From Candidatus Thorarchaeota archaeon (GTDB taxonomy: Archaea; Asgardarchaeota; Thorarchaeia; Thorarchaeales; Thorarchaeaceae), in assembly GCA_003345555.1 (NCBI GenBank), contig PRDJ01000066.1, positions 1 to 19,218 on the forward strand: a stretch of 19,218 nucleotides of DNA, in the 5' to 3' direction. A model generated the notes under the pieces. It saw only the letters and a list, made by a program, of their open reading frames with translations, was not told where the DNA came from and did no database searches. Both the position numbers and the translations under genes were made by a program. Below, one piece after another: positions 1 through 8,170 of this stretch; within the stretch, counting starts at the first letter, position 1, and each line of letters opens with the position of its first letter.

Positions 1-741
1 GTACCGACAAAGACCCAAGGCAAGAAGATCCTCTACTTCACAGGCTGTACGGCGGCTTATCATGAAAACGGCATCGCTCGTAGTACCGTTTCCATACTTT
101 CTCACCTCGGGTACAAGGTGTCCGTGACCCCTGACGAATGGTGCTGCGGTTCCCCGCTCTTCAGGACAGGCTTTCGAGACCTAGGAATTGAGCAAGCCCG
201 TCACAATGCGGGCACCCTGAACAAATCTGAAGGCGACCAGATAGTTGTGACGTGTCCGGGATGCTTCAGAGCGTTCACCAAGGATTACCCCCAGCTCGGG
301 ATTGAACTAAAGAAGCCGGTGCTTCACATTAGCCAGCTGCTTGAAAAGCACTTGGATGCTTTGAGGGCAGTTGATTTCGGCGGCCCTATCACGTACCACG
401 ACCCGTGCCACCTTGGCCGCCACAGTGGCATATACGAACCCCCCAGAAAAGTCATCGAAAGAGTCTCCGGCACGAAGGTGGTCGAGATGGCCCGCAGCAG
501 GGAAAACGCCATGTGCTGCGGCAATGGTGCTGGTCTGAGAACACTATTCACTGATCAAGCCAGTATTATCGGTGATGCTCGCATCTCGCAGGCGAGGGAG
601 GTTGGAGCCAAGTTCTTGGTAACCTCATGCCCCTTCTGCAAGAACATGCTGGCTTCTCGGGCAGAAAAGGGGATTACCGTTCTTGACCTCCCAGAAATGG
701 TCTTGGCCGCTTTCGACTCAACCTCAAAGGTCAAGATGTGA
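1..741 (+). CDS. CCG-domain Fe-S oxidoreductase (HdrD/GlpC-like), 5' truncated by the window edge
   Basis: Frame 1 is open from base 1 (VPTKTQGKKILYFTGCTAAY...). It has two cysteine-rich CCG repeats: YFTGC...WCCGSP...VVTCPGC and TYHDPCHLGR...CCGNGAG...TSCPFC. Confidence 0.9.
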   Translation, partial: VPTKTQGKKILYFTGCTAAYHENGIARSTVSILSHLGYKVSVTPDEWCCGSPLFRTGFRDLGIEQARHNAGTLNKSEGDQIVVTCPGCFRAFTKDYPQLGIELKKPVLHISQLLEKHLDALRAVDFGGPITYHDPCHLGRHSGIYEPPRKVIERVSGTKVVEMARSRENAMCCGNGAGLRTLFTDQASIIGDARISQAREVGAKFLVTSCPFCKNMLASRAEKGITVLDLPEMVLAAFDSTSKVKM

Positions 742-780
742 AGACAGATTAGGGCAAATGATTGTGAGTGCAGGAACGCT

Positions 781-1896
781 ATGAATGCGGAAGACATGCT
801 CACACTCAAGATCCGTCTATTAACGGAGGGCGTAACTCTGCCTGAAGGAGAGTGGGCGGGCAGGCGTGGCGGCGCTGGACCGGTGGGCAGCCGGTATTTC
901 GTATTGCCGAACGGCCGGGCATGTGGAGTCCCCGTACGAACGGGCAAGATGATCCGAAGATACGGTCCCGTCGCTCTGGTGCCTACGGGCAAGAAGGGCC
1001 TCTGGCTATACGATGGGAAAGTACGACTAAAGGAAGTGCCCAAGCCCGGATTCTACAGCCTGACCACGGCCGAAGGCACGCCATATCAGAAGATAGCACT
1101 CCTTCATGGTGCAGATGTCCTGGCCACGACTGTGTATCAATCCTGCAGGTACTGGGCTAGTGGCGAGCAATGCAAGTTCTGCACGATACCAGTATCACAG
1201 TCTGTTGGTGACACGATTCTTGAGAAGACTCCAAGTCAGGTGGCCGAGGTTGTCCGCGCGGCAGAGAAGGAGGGCGTGATAAGAAGCGTCCTGCTAACGA
1301 CGGGAACACCTGATACGCCTGATATGGGCTGTAGAAGGCTGACTCAAACCGCGAGAGAAATTCGCAGATTCAGCCGCATTCCGATTGGTGTTCAGTTTGA
1401 ACCCCCGGCCGACCAAGCACGAATCTACGAGCTGGTGGAGGCAGGAGTCAACGCTGTCGGGATGCACATCGAGTGCGCTGATGATGAAGTTAGACGTGTC
1501 ATGTGCCCAGGCAAGTACCGTCAGGCGACATTAGATCAGTATCGAGACAGCTGGAACCGTACTCTCAATCTTCTTGGTAGGGGAAACGCGAGCACCTTCT
1601 TCCTCGAAGGTCTAGGAGAGGACAATGATACTACTCTTCGCATGGTTGATGACGTATCTGCTATGGGTGTGATGCCCGTGGTTCTTCCGGTACGACCGGC
1701 GCTTGGAAGTCAGCTTGCAGATTTCACACCAACGTATGTCGGAGATCTGGCTGGCTCAGTTGAATTCTACAAGGAGGTCGGGAAGATTCTCCATAAGTAC
1801 CAACTCAATCCCGCGGAGACTGCTGCGGGCTGTCATAGATGTGGGGCATGCACTCCAATCCAAGAGGCTTATGACTGGGCTAGGACGAATTCTTGA
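781..1896 (+). CDS. Radical SAM protein, MSMEG_0568-like family
   Basis: Atypical cluster motif LATTVYQSCRYWASGEQCKFC (Cx8Cx2C), N-terminal GRRGGAGP and C-terminal AGCHRCGAC. These match my recollection of the MSMEG_0568 family. Confidence 0.8.
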   Translation: MNAEDMLTLKIRLLTEGVTLPEGEWAGRRGGAGPVGSRYFVLPNGRACGVPVRTGKMIRRYGPVALVPTGKKGLWLYDGKVRLKEVPKPGFYSLTTAEGTPYQKIALLHGADVLATTVYQSCRYWASGEQCKFCTIPVSQSVGDTILEKTPSQVAEVVRAAEKEGVIRSVLLTTGTPDTPDMGCRRLTQTAREIRRFSRIPIGVQFEPPADQARIYELVEAGVNAVGMHIECADDEVRRVMCPGKYRQATLDQYRDSWNRTLNLLGRGNASTFFLEGLGEDNDTTLRMVDDVSAMGVMPVVLPVRPALGSQLADFTPTYVGDLAGSVEFYKEVGKILHKYQLNPAETAAGCHRCGACTPIQEAYDWARTNS

Positions 1897-1926
1897 CCTG
1901 CGATTTATCCGATAGAGGGGTTTCCT

Positions 1927-2424
1927 ACGTCACAACTCCCTGCCGACCAAATTCGAGTTGTTGAGTTCGGAGAGGATGATGCAGGAGAGATAGCCTCACT
2001 CTTCAGTGAGGTCTGGCCTTTGGCGATGGAATATCCTGAAGCTTGGCGAAGAATCAGAATGTATGGTCCTGACCAGATAGTTGACGAAATGCGCTCGGGA
2101 TACCACTACTTCGGAAGCCGGCTCGAAGGACGAATAGTGGGTGTCTACAAGGCAAAGATTACTGAGAAGGGCCTATTTGGCGAGCATCAGACCGTCCGTT
2201 CGGCTTGCAGGTCCAGCGGATTGGCATCTGCAATGTACATCCACTTCACAGAGTACGCGCGGGCTCACGGATGCCAGCGCAATTACTGCAATATCCTTGT
2301 AGGGCAGGAAGTTGGAGAGAGGCTAATGGCAAAATTCGGTTTCCGTCGGTGGGGAAAGCCCTACGAGCAGCATCCCGGAATGCTTGTTCAGATGTATCAA
2401 CGTCCAGTGAACAAGCGACCATAG
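1927..2424 (+). CDS. GNAT-family N-acetyltransferase; start uncertain (ACG 1927 proposed, ORF track uses TTG 2020)
   Basis: Motif-A-like HQTVRSACRSSGLASAMY and C-terminal NILVGQEVGERLMAKFGF. The GNAT beta1/alpha1 segment IRVVEFGEDDAGEIASLFSEVW lies in frame upstream of 2020. Confidence 0.8.
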   Translation, partial: TSQLPADQIRVVEFGEDDAGEIASLFSEVWPLAMEYPEAWRRIRMYGPDQIVDEMRSGYHYFGSRLEGRIVGVYKAKITEKGLFGEHQTVRSACRSSGLASAMYIHFTEYARAHGCQRNYCNILVGQEVGERLMAKFGFRRWGKPYEQHPGMLVQMYQRPVNKRP

Positions 2425-2564
2425 AAGACGGGTTCTGCAGCGCCCTGACAGGTCATCTTCTGCCCATTGGCTGGGTGCTTTGTTCAATCCATTGCGGCTC
2501 TTCAGAAAGACTATAAGACGCTCTAAATCGCCTGCTTTCATACAATCCCACTGAGGCCCCTGCA

Positions 2565-4232
2565 ATGCAAGTCTGTCCAATTATCGTTGACGGGCGCGAA
2601 GTCGATACGGGTAAGTATGTAGTCTTCCCGGATATGGATCAAGTCGTTGTTGATCCCGGCTTGGCAATAGCACTTCAGCTCCGTGGGGCGTCCGTCTCGC
2701 AGCGATTCGTTTTCTCAAGGGCGCCTCGCTTCATACCCGTCAACAGTCCAGAGATGAGATATCTGAAGGACTACCGCAAGGCTCACGGGGTTCCACACTA
2801 CACAAAGGATGAGCTCGATAACGCAGCATATGCAAAGGTTGCCATCTCACGTGAGTCAGATATCAAAGACGCCATCGCGGCAGGAGTGAGAGACCACCAT
2901 GCGTTGTTCAATCCATTCAAGCTGGAAGGCATGGGTTGTACTCTTGATGACCGTATCGAAGCTCTCTACCAAGCAGGACTTGCGGTAAAGAAGCGCTTCG
3001 AGGAAGTGCGAGATATATCGGTAAAAGAAGGTGTCCCAATCAAGACTTTCGAGTGGACGTGGGACATGTTCACCGAGTACCTCGAGCGCGAGACGTTCGA
3101 AATCTGGGGACGAGACGTCGATGTAGTAGAAGCACCAGGCAGAGATGGCGGAAAGAACTACAGATTTCGAGAGCCCTATGGAGTCGCTTGTCTATTCACG
3201 CCATACAACTCGCCGCTTGCCCTCGGGATTCTGAGCATTACCTCCTCTATCCTAGCTGGCAATGCCACCGTCCTAAAACCTCCGAGCAAAGTTCCATTGA
3301 GCACGATTCTCTTGGGTCAGATATTCTTGCAGACCTTCACTGAGATGGGACTACCTCCGGCAATGATACAAGTCCTCACTGGCGGCGGCAAAGAGTTGAT
3401 GGATAGGTTCACGTCCGACCCCGGAGTTGGTGCGCTGGTGTGGTATGGTGACAGCGACACTGGCATTACGTTATGGTCAGACGCCACAAGTAAGAGGATA
3501 CTCATGGCACCAGAGCTCGCAGGAAGCGACGCGTGCCTAGTATGGGGCAAAGACGTCGACCTAGAGTTTGCAGCCAAGATGATTGTCAAGGGCAGGTTCC
3601 TAGGTAGTGGGCAGGCTTGCATGGCGATCAAGCGCCTGCTGGTCCAAGACACACTTCATGATGAGTTACTCCGCCTAGTAACGGAAGAAGTCGAAACACT
3701 TCATGTCGGAAGGCCGTCGGATCCCAAGGTCAGTCTGCCACCGGTTGGCCTCACCGCGCTATACCTCCTTCTTGATCAGATGGAAGACGCCAAAGCAAAA
3801 GGGGCCAAGGTGATCGCTGGTGGATTTCGATGTGATTACTTATCGGAGCCTGACCCCGCTGGTTTGTTCTACAAACCTACGGTGCTTACAAATGTGGACG
3901 AGAGCATGAGAGTGATGCGGGAGGAGGTATTTGCGCCTTCCCTTCCGGTCACGAGTGTCAAGAGTGTCGACCAAGCAATTCGCATCGCGAATTCGTCCCG
4001 ATTTGGCCTGAGGTCCTCGGTCTTTTCTGATGATAGATCGGTGAGAACAAGATGGGCCAAGGAAGTGGAAGCCGCCGGAGTGACAATCGGGCAAGATCAC
4101 TTGTACTTCGACCCACACATGCCTCACCTAGGTGGATACAAGGACTCGGGTATCATCGGAGCGAAGTACTTCCCTGTTATATTGACACGCATGAAATACG
4201 TGCATGTTGGACCGGGAATCGAGTTCATATGA
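2565..4232 (+). CDS. Aldehyde dehydrogenase family protein
   Basis: FTPYNSP (PWN-like), VLKPPS, PELAGSD (catalytic Glu region), GSGQACMA (catalytic Cys), EEVFAP, and PHLGGYKDSG. Confidence 0.92.
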   Translation: MQVCPIIVDGREVDTGKYVVFPDMDQVVVDPGLAIALQLRGASVSQRFVFSRAPRFIPVNSPEMRYLKDYRKAHGVPHYTKDELDNAAYAKVAISRESDIKDAIAAGVRDHHALFNPFKLEGMGCTLDDRIEALYQAGLAVKKRFEEVRDISVKEGVPIKTFEWTWDMFTEYLERETFEIWGRDVDVVEAPGRDGGKNYRFREPYGVACLFTPYNSPLALGILSITSSILAGNATVLKPPSKVPLSTILLGQIFLQTFTEMGLPPAMIQVLTGGGKELMDRFTSDPGVGALVWYGDSDTGITLWSDATSKRILMAPELAGSDACLVWGKDVDLEFAAKMIVKGRFLGSGQACMAIKRLLVQDTLHDELLRLVTEEVETLHVGRPSDPKVSLPPVGLTALYLLLDQMEDAKAKGAKVIAGGFRCDYLSEPDPAGLFYKPTVLTNVDESMRVMREEVFAPSLPVTSVKSVDQAIRIANSSRFGLRSSVFSDDRSVRTRWAKEVEAAGVTIGQDHLYFDPHMPHLGGYKDSGIIGAKYFPVILTRMKYVHVGPGIEFI

Positions 4233-4262
4233 GAGTCAGCGGGTGTTGTATCAAGGGATGAG

Positions 4263-5585
4263 ATGCCTAGGGAGCCTGAACGTATAGCCCATTTGGAGAC
4301 CTTGGAAGCACTAGAGGCATATGACAAGTCGGCCTCAGTGCGTTCTGTTCTCCGGGTGCAGGATCGGGACTCCAAGATTTCGACCGGTGCCCGGCCAATA
4401 ATGCATTCTCTTACTCTGGGCGTCGTTAGATTTCTCAACACGATAGACTTCATTCTCCTGAAGATTATGGGCTCGAAACCTCTCTCTAAGCTATCCCCCC
4501 ACGAACGAAGTGCGATGCGGTTGGCGGTCTATGAGAGCCGCTGGCTCCGAACACCGCTCGAAGTCATCAGCGCTAACTATCTCGGGTCGATGCCTCATCT
4601 GTTACCATTGATCTCTTCTGCTCTATCTCTGGACTTGCAGAAATCAATCAGGAATCTGAAACCAATTGAGCGACTTAGCATAAGTCTTGCACATCCGTCA
4701 TTCATTGTGAAAACACTGCTAGATAATCTGCCGCGAGCAGAGGCAATATCGTTGATGGAACACAACAACGCCGGTCATGATTACTATGTTAGAGCAAATG
4801 CTCTCAAGAGCGGGACTACGGACATGTTTTCAAGCCTTGCGAATTCAGGCGCGCAGCTTAGGCCAGACCCGGACGTGCAAGGGTTGTATCGGGTTAATCG
4901 GGGAATCGAATCAATTGTAGGATCCAACGAGTTTAGGGATGGAACAGTCCTGATTCAAGACAAAGCCAGCGTGCTAACGGTAATGGTATTGAACCCGCGT
5001 CCCGGTGAGACTGTCTGGGATGCGTGCGCATCTCCGGGGATGAAGACTCAGCTAATATACGAGTTCATGAAGGGAAGTGGTCGAGTCACTGCCACCGACA
5101 TCTATTCCAATCGTGTGAGGATGGGTCGAGATAGGAGCAGGCTTCTCGGGTGCGATGCCGTGGAATGGCTTCAAGCAGATGCTTCTCGGTCTCCGGTTGT
5201 AGGTGCGGACAAAATCCTGATAGATGCCCCCTGCACTTCAACAGGCGTTCTTCGTAGTCACCCCTCATTCAAGTGGCGGCTTAACAAGGCAAGACTACTG
5301 GCAATTATGTCGATTCAGAACAAGATTCTCGATGGTGTTCTTACGGCCTACGCCGACAAGCCCGGTACTGAAATTGTGTATGCGACTTGCTCCCTTCTCC
5401 CGCATGAAGGGGAGTCCCAGATAGACTCTGCGATGACGAGACACAGGTTCGAACTACTTCAGGTGCCTGTTCCGAATTCCCCGGGATATCCTAGCTTCAA
5501 GTGTTCTCAGAAGGTATGCCGGCTTTTTCCTCATAAGCATGCGACCAGCGGCTTCTTTATTGCGCACCTGCAAATCACTCGGTGA
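4263..5585 (+). CDS. RsmB/NOP2-family RNA cytosine-C5 methyltransferase with NusB-like N-terminal region
   Basis: IQDKAS, WDACASPGMKT (SAM binding), ILIDAPCTSTG and VYATCSL (both catalytic Cys motifs), and SGFFIAHL. Confidence 0.93.
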   Translation: MPREPERIAHLETLEALEAYDKSASVRSVLRVQDRDSKISTGARPIMHSLTLGVVRFLNTIDFILLKIMGSKPLSKLSPHERSAMRLAVYESRWLRTPLEVISANYLGSMPHLLPLISSALSLDLQKSIRNLKPIERLSISLAHPSFIVKTLLDNLPRAEAISLMEHNNAGHDYYVRANALKSGTTDMFSSLANSGAQLRPDPDVQGLYRVNRGIESIVGSNEFRDGTVLIQDKASVLTVMVLNPRPGETVWDACASPGMKTQLIYEFMKGSGRVTATDIYSNRVRMGRDRSRLLGCDAVEWLQADASRSPVVGADKILIDAPCTSTGVLRSHPSFKWRLNKARLLAIMSIQNKILDGVLTAYADKPGTEIVYATCSLLPHEGESQIDSAMTRHRFELLQVPVPNSPGYPSFKCSQKVCRLFPHKHATSGFFIAHLQITR

Positions 5586-6522
5586 CTCGTCTCGCAGTTG
5601 CTTCCATTATTCGTCGCGCAAACTCACGGTCGTCCTTGAAACCCCATGGTATCTGCAGGAATCGGGTTTTTGCTAGCTCGATAGCGTCGACATCTTTGCT
5701 GACATGTGCTTTGAACAGAAGCTTCGTCCACTGGAAACAGGGATTCTCATTGAACTTGGCGCGCTGTCCTGAATCGGCCGCAATCTTGGTGAGATATGCC
5801 ATTCCATCTGCTGCGTTGCCAAGCATCAGGTCTGCAAGGGCCGCCATGCAGGCAAAGACGACCGCACTCTTCACCATCCCCGACTTGACGTACAGTTCAG
5901 CACTGTCTCTGTATTCTTGGGCCTTCTGGGCGTAGAGCTGTTGTCCTCCAATCCCTACTATGTCCTTGCCTTCTTGTTTCTGGACCTTCCTAAGGCCAGC
6001 CCCTCCAAGTATGGTTGCTTTGAGCTCAGATTGCACGTCGATCGCAGACGCCTGTTCTCTCTTCTTGCGGGCAGATTCGATAAGACCTTGGCCTGCTTTG
6101 ACTAGCATCTGTTTCACTCCCGGGCTCTTCAGTGATGTGTCGGAATGTGACAAGCCACGCTCAAAGAGCGCTCTAGCGAGCCGGAACATCTCGTACCCCT
6201 TGTCTGTGAGTCCAAGTCCAGCCGCAAAAGTGATGCCCTTCACATAAGCCATCACCGCATTGTCCAACTCTTGGAGGCTCTCGAAGTGCGTAGCGGAGTC
6301 GATGAGATACGGGAAGGCGTCAGTACTGCCAGAATCAATGCCTTCCTGACCCTTCGCGAGAGAGGTATAGGCATCTACACAAATGGCTGCGATGTCTGAA
6401 TTGGAGCACTTTGCAGACACCTCGGCTTTGGCAAGCACCTGATTTCTCAGTCTGCACGAAAAGCCAGACAAAGAACTCTGCAGCCAGTCACATGGTCCAC
6501 TAATAGACATGGTCGGTCTCAC
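5575..6522 (-). CDS. Alpha-helical repeat protein, SNAP (Sec17)/TPR-like; start may be ATG 6510
   Basis: 315-aa ORF of Ala-rich helical repeats. The C-terminus (AVVFACMAALADLMLGN...KFNENPCFQWTKLLFKAHVSKDVD) resembles the alpha-SNAP C-terminal bundle. Confidence 0.6.
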   Translation of the reverse strand: MRPTMSISGPCDWLQSSLSGFSCRLRNQVLAKAEVSAKCSNSDIAAICVDAYTSLAKGQEGIDSGSTDAFPYLIDSATHFESLQELDNAVMAYVKGITFAAGLGLTDKGYEMFRLARALFERGLSHSDTSLKSPGVKQMLVKAGQGLIESARKKREQASAIDVQSELKATILGGAGLRKVQKQEGKDIVGIGGQQLYAQKAQEYRDSAELYVKSGMVKSAVVFACMAALADLMLGNAADGMAYLTKIAADSGQRAKFNENPCFQWTKLLFKAHVSKDVDAIELAKTRFLQIPWGFKDDREFARRIMEATARRVTE

Positions 6523-6572
6523 TCTCTTGGCAGTATCAGTTGCCTCTTACAATGATATGTGACTTACCGGTC

Positions 6573-6595
6573 CTAAAAAGCAATTCTAAAAAGCA
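6573..6595. repeat. Direct repeat CTAAAAAGCA x2 (13-bp period) in a divergent intergenic region
   Basis: CTAAAAAGCA occurs at 6573-6582 and 6586-6595. Confidence 0.6.
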
Positions 6596-6606
6596 CTCTA
6601 CCTTCC

Positions 6607-7032
6607 GTGAGACGACAGTGTATAGACTTGAGCGACGATGATTCTGAGCTGGCTCTCATACGACGCAGGAAACTGGCCGAACTCACGGCTAGAGACAAGA
6701 GGCTGCAAGAAAAACGGGAACACCAGCAAAAGGTTGACGCTGAAAGGACGAGACTTCTGAAGAGGTTCTTGGCGCCAGACGCAGATTCCTATCTGGCGGA
6801 TCTGAAAAGCCGAGAGCCGGCCGTGGGCGCCCAAATCGAAGATGTCTTGCTCTACCTCATAGTCTACAAAGAGCTCCGACAGGTCATAACCCAAATCGAT
6901 GTCATGTATATTGAACGACAAGTGAAGGGCGAGGAACCCACGATACGGGTTCAGCGCGATGGTGAGACTTCGGACTTCGGGTCCTATGTAAGGGATGCCA
7001 TTCGAAAGTCTGACGAGAAAGAGAATGGCTAG
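6607..7032 (+). CDS. PDCD5-like double-stranded DNA-binding domain protein; likely start TTG 6628
   Basis: DDSELALIRRRKLAEL followed by LLKRFLAPDA..YLADLKSREP..GAQIEDVLLYL, a match to the PDCD5/MTH1615 pattern. Confidence 0.8.
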   Translation: MRRQCIDLSDDDSELALIRRRKLAELTARDKRLQEKREHQQKVDAERTRLLKRFLAPDADSYLADLKSREPAVGAQIEDVLLYLIVYKELRQVITQIDVMYIERQVKGEEPTIRVQRDGETSDFGSYVRDAIRKSDEKENG

Positions 7033-7119
7033 ACGAGGAAGCCAGTTCCGCTTGTTCTAATCTTGGAACCAATAGTCAAAAAAAGCTCTTCGAACTGATA
7101 TCCACTAGGGTTCGCCTCC

Positions 7120-7923
7120 ATGTATGTCCGGAAGTTCGTTGACGTAGATTCCGCCTCTCTCAGGAAACCGCTGGCAATCATAGGTCTGCCAGGAATTGCC
7201 AACGTAGGTCGAATCGCAGTAGAGACTCTCGTCAGGCTGCTCGATGCTGAACATATCATGGATTTCTACAGCAGTGATTTTCCACCTCGCGTCTTTGTTA
7301 AGGATGGCATCGCACATTTTCCAAAATCGTCAGTTCATATGTATCATGCCGCGCCTGATGAGCCTCATGACATCCTCATCTTGACCGCAGACTTCCAGCC
7401 GACTTCCAGCGGCGGTGTGTTTGAGTATGCGGACTTCTTCGTGAAGGAGATGGTGAATCTGAACGTCAGAGAGATGTATGCGCTTGCGGCATATGAACAG
7501 GGATATGAGGAGTTCTTCAATTCGTATCCTGCTCCATCACGAGTCTACATTTCTGCGAGTTCAGAGGAGCTTCTAGAACGGGTCTCGGGTCACGAAGGAG
7601 CTGTCACAACGAAAGAAGGGCTCATCAACGGGGCAAACGGATTCATACCCGTGTGGGCCGCGACGATGTATGACATGGAGGGTGCATGTCTGCTTGGCGA
7701 GACTCTTGGAATAATCAAATTCGACTATAGGGCGGCAAAACGTGTCCTAGAGATCATGGCTGACCTCGCAGGGCTGACGTTGGATTTCTCTGTCTTCGAT
7801 GATAATGTGTCTCAGGTTGTACAGTTCATCGAATGGGCTCGAAGCGAGATTGCACAGAAGGGAGCATACTTCCAAGGTAGCGAAAGCACGGATTTCAAGG
7901 GCAGTGATAGATACATCGGTTAA
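7120..7923 (+). CDS. PAC2-family proteasome assembly chaperone
   Basis: IIGLPGIANVGRIA, FYSSDFPPRVFV, ILTADFQP, GANGFIP, ACLLGET, and DYRAAKRVL. Confidence 0.88.
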   Translation: MYVRKFVDVDSASLRKPLAIIGLPGIANVGRIAVETLVRLLDAEHIMDFYSSDFPPRVFVKDGIAHFPKSSVHMYHAAPDEPHDILILTADFQPTSSGGVFEYADFFVKEMVNLNVREMYALAAYEQGYEEFFNSYPAPSRVYISASSEELLERVSGHEGAVTTKEGLINGANGFIPVWAATMYDMEGACLLGETLGIIKFDYRAAKRVLEIMADLAGLTLDFSVFDDNVSQVVQFIEWARSEIAQKGAYFQGSESTDFKGSDRYIG

Positions 7924-8117
7924 GCCTGTTCAACCACATCGGGCCGAAGTATATCAGTAATTGAGCCTTGGCTATCTAGGTTGATATAGAAATAGTGGGT
8001 TTCATGTCTCACCTTGACAGTGACAGGGTAACGTTTTGCACCTTTCAGAACGTTTGGTGGTACCTTGAGCAGAGTCTTCTTCTTGCAGACTGGACACTTT
8101 GCGTACCTCTCTAACAT
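7920..8117 (-). CDS. Small Zn-ribbon-like protein (CxxC plus His pair)
   Basis: 65 aa, ATG start, with CPVC and RHETH. It converges on the PAC2 gene with a 4-nt overlap. Confidence 0.7.
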   Translation of the reverse strand: MLERYAKCPVCKKKTLLKVPPNVLKGAKRYPVTVKVRHETHYFYINLDSQGSITDILRPDVVEQA

Positions 8118-8170
8118 AAGGCGGCCACCGAACAGGAATTAGAGAGCTCGGGTCGGCGATTCTATTTAAC

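Noticed and set aside
1894-1896. Selenocysteine recoding of the rSAM UGA
   Set aside because: The UGA is not at a Cys-like catalytic position, the rSAM domain is complete before it, and I could not identify a SECIS-like hairpin.
781-1896. Lipoyl synthase LipS1/LipS2 or biotin synthase
   Set aside because: It lacks the standard Cx3Cx2C spacing and the motifs I recall for those families, and no lipoate genes are nearby.
1918-1924. Slippery heptamer G GGT TTC for a -1 frameshift into the GNAT frame
   Set aside because: The required zero frame is closed by TAG at 1913-1915 immediately upstream and has no start after it.
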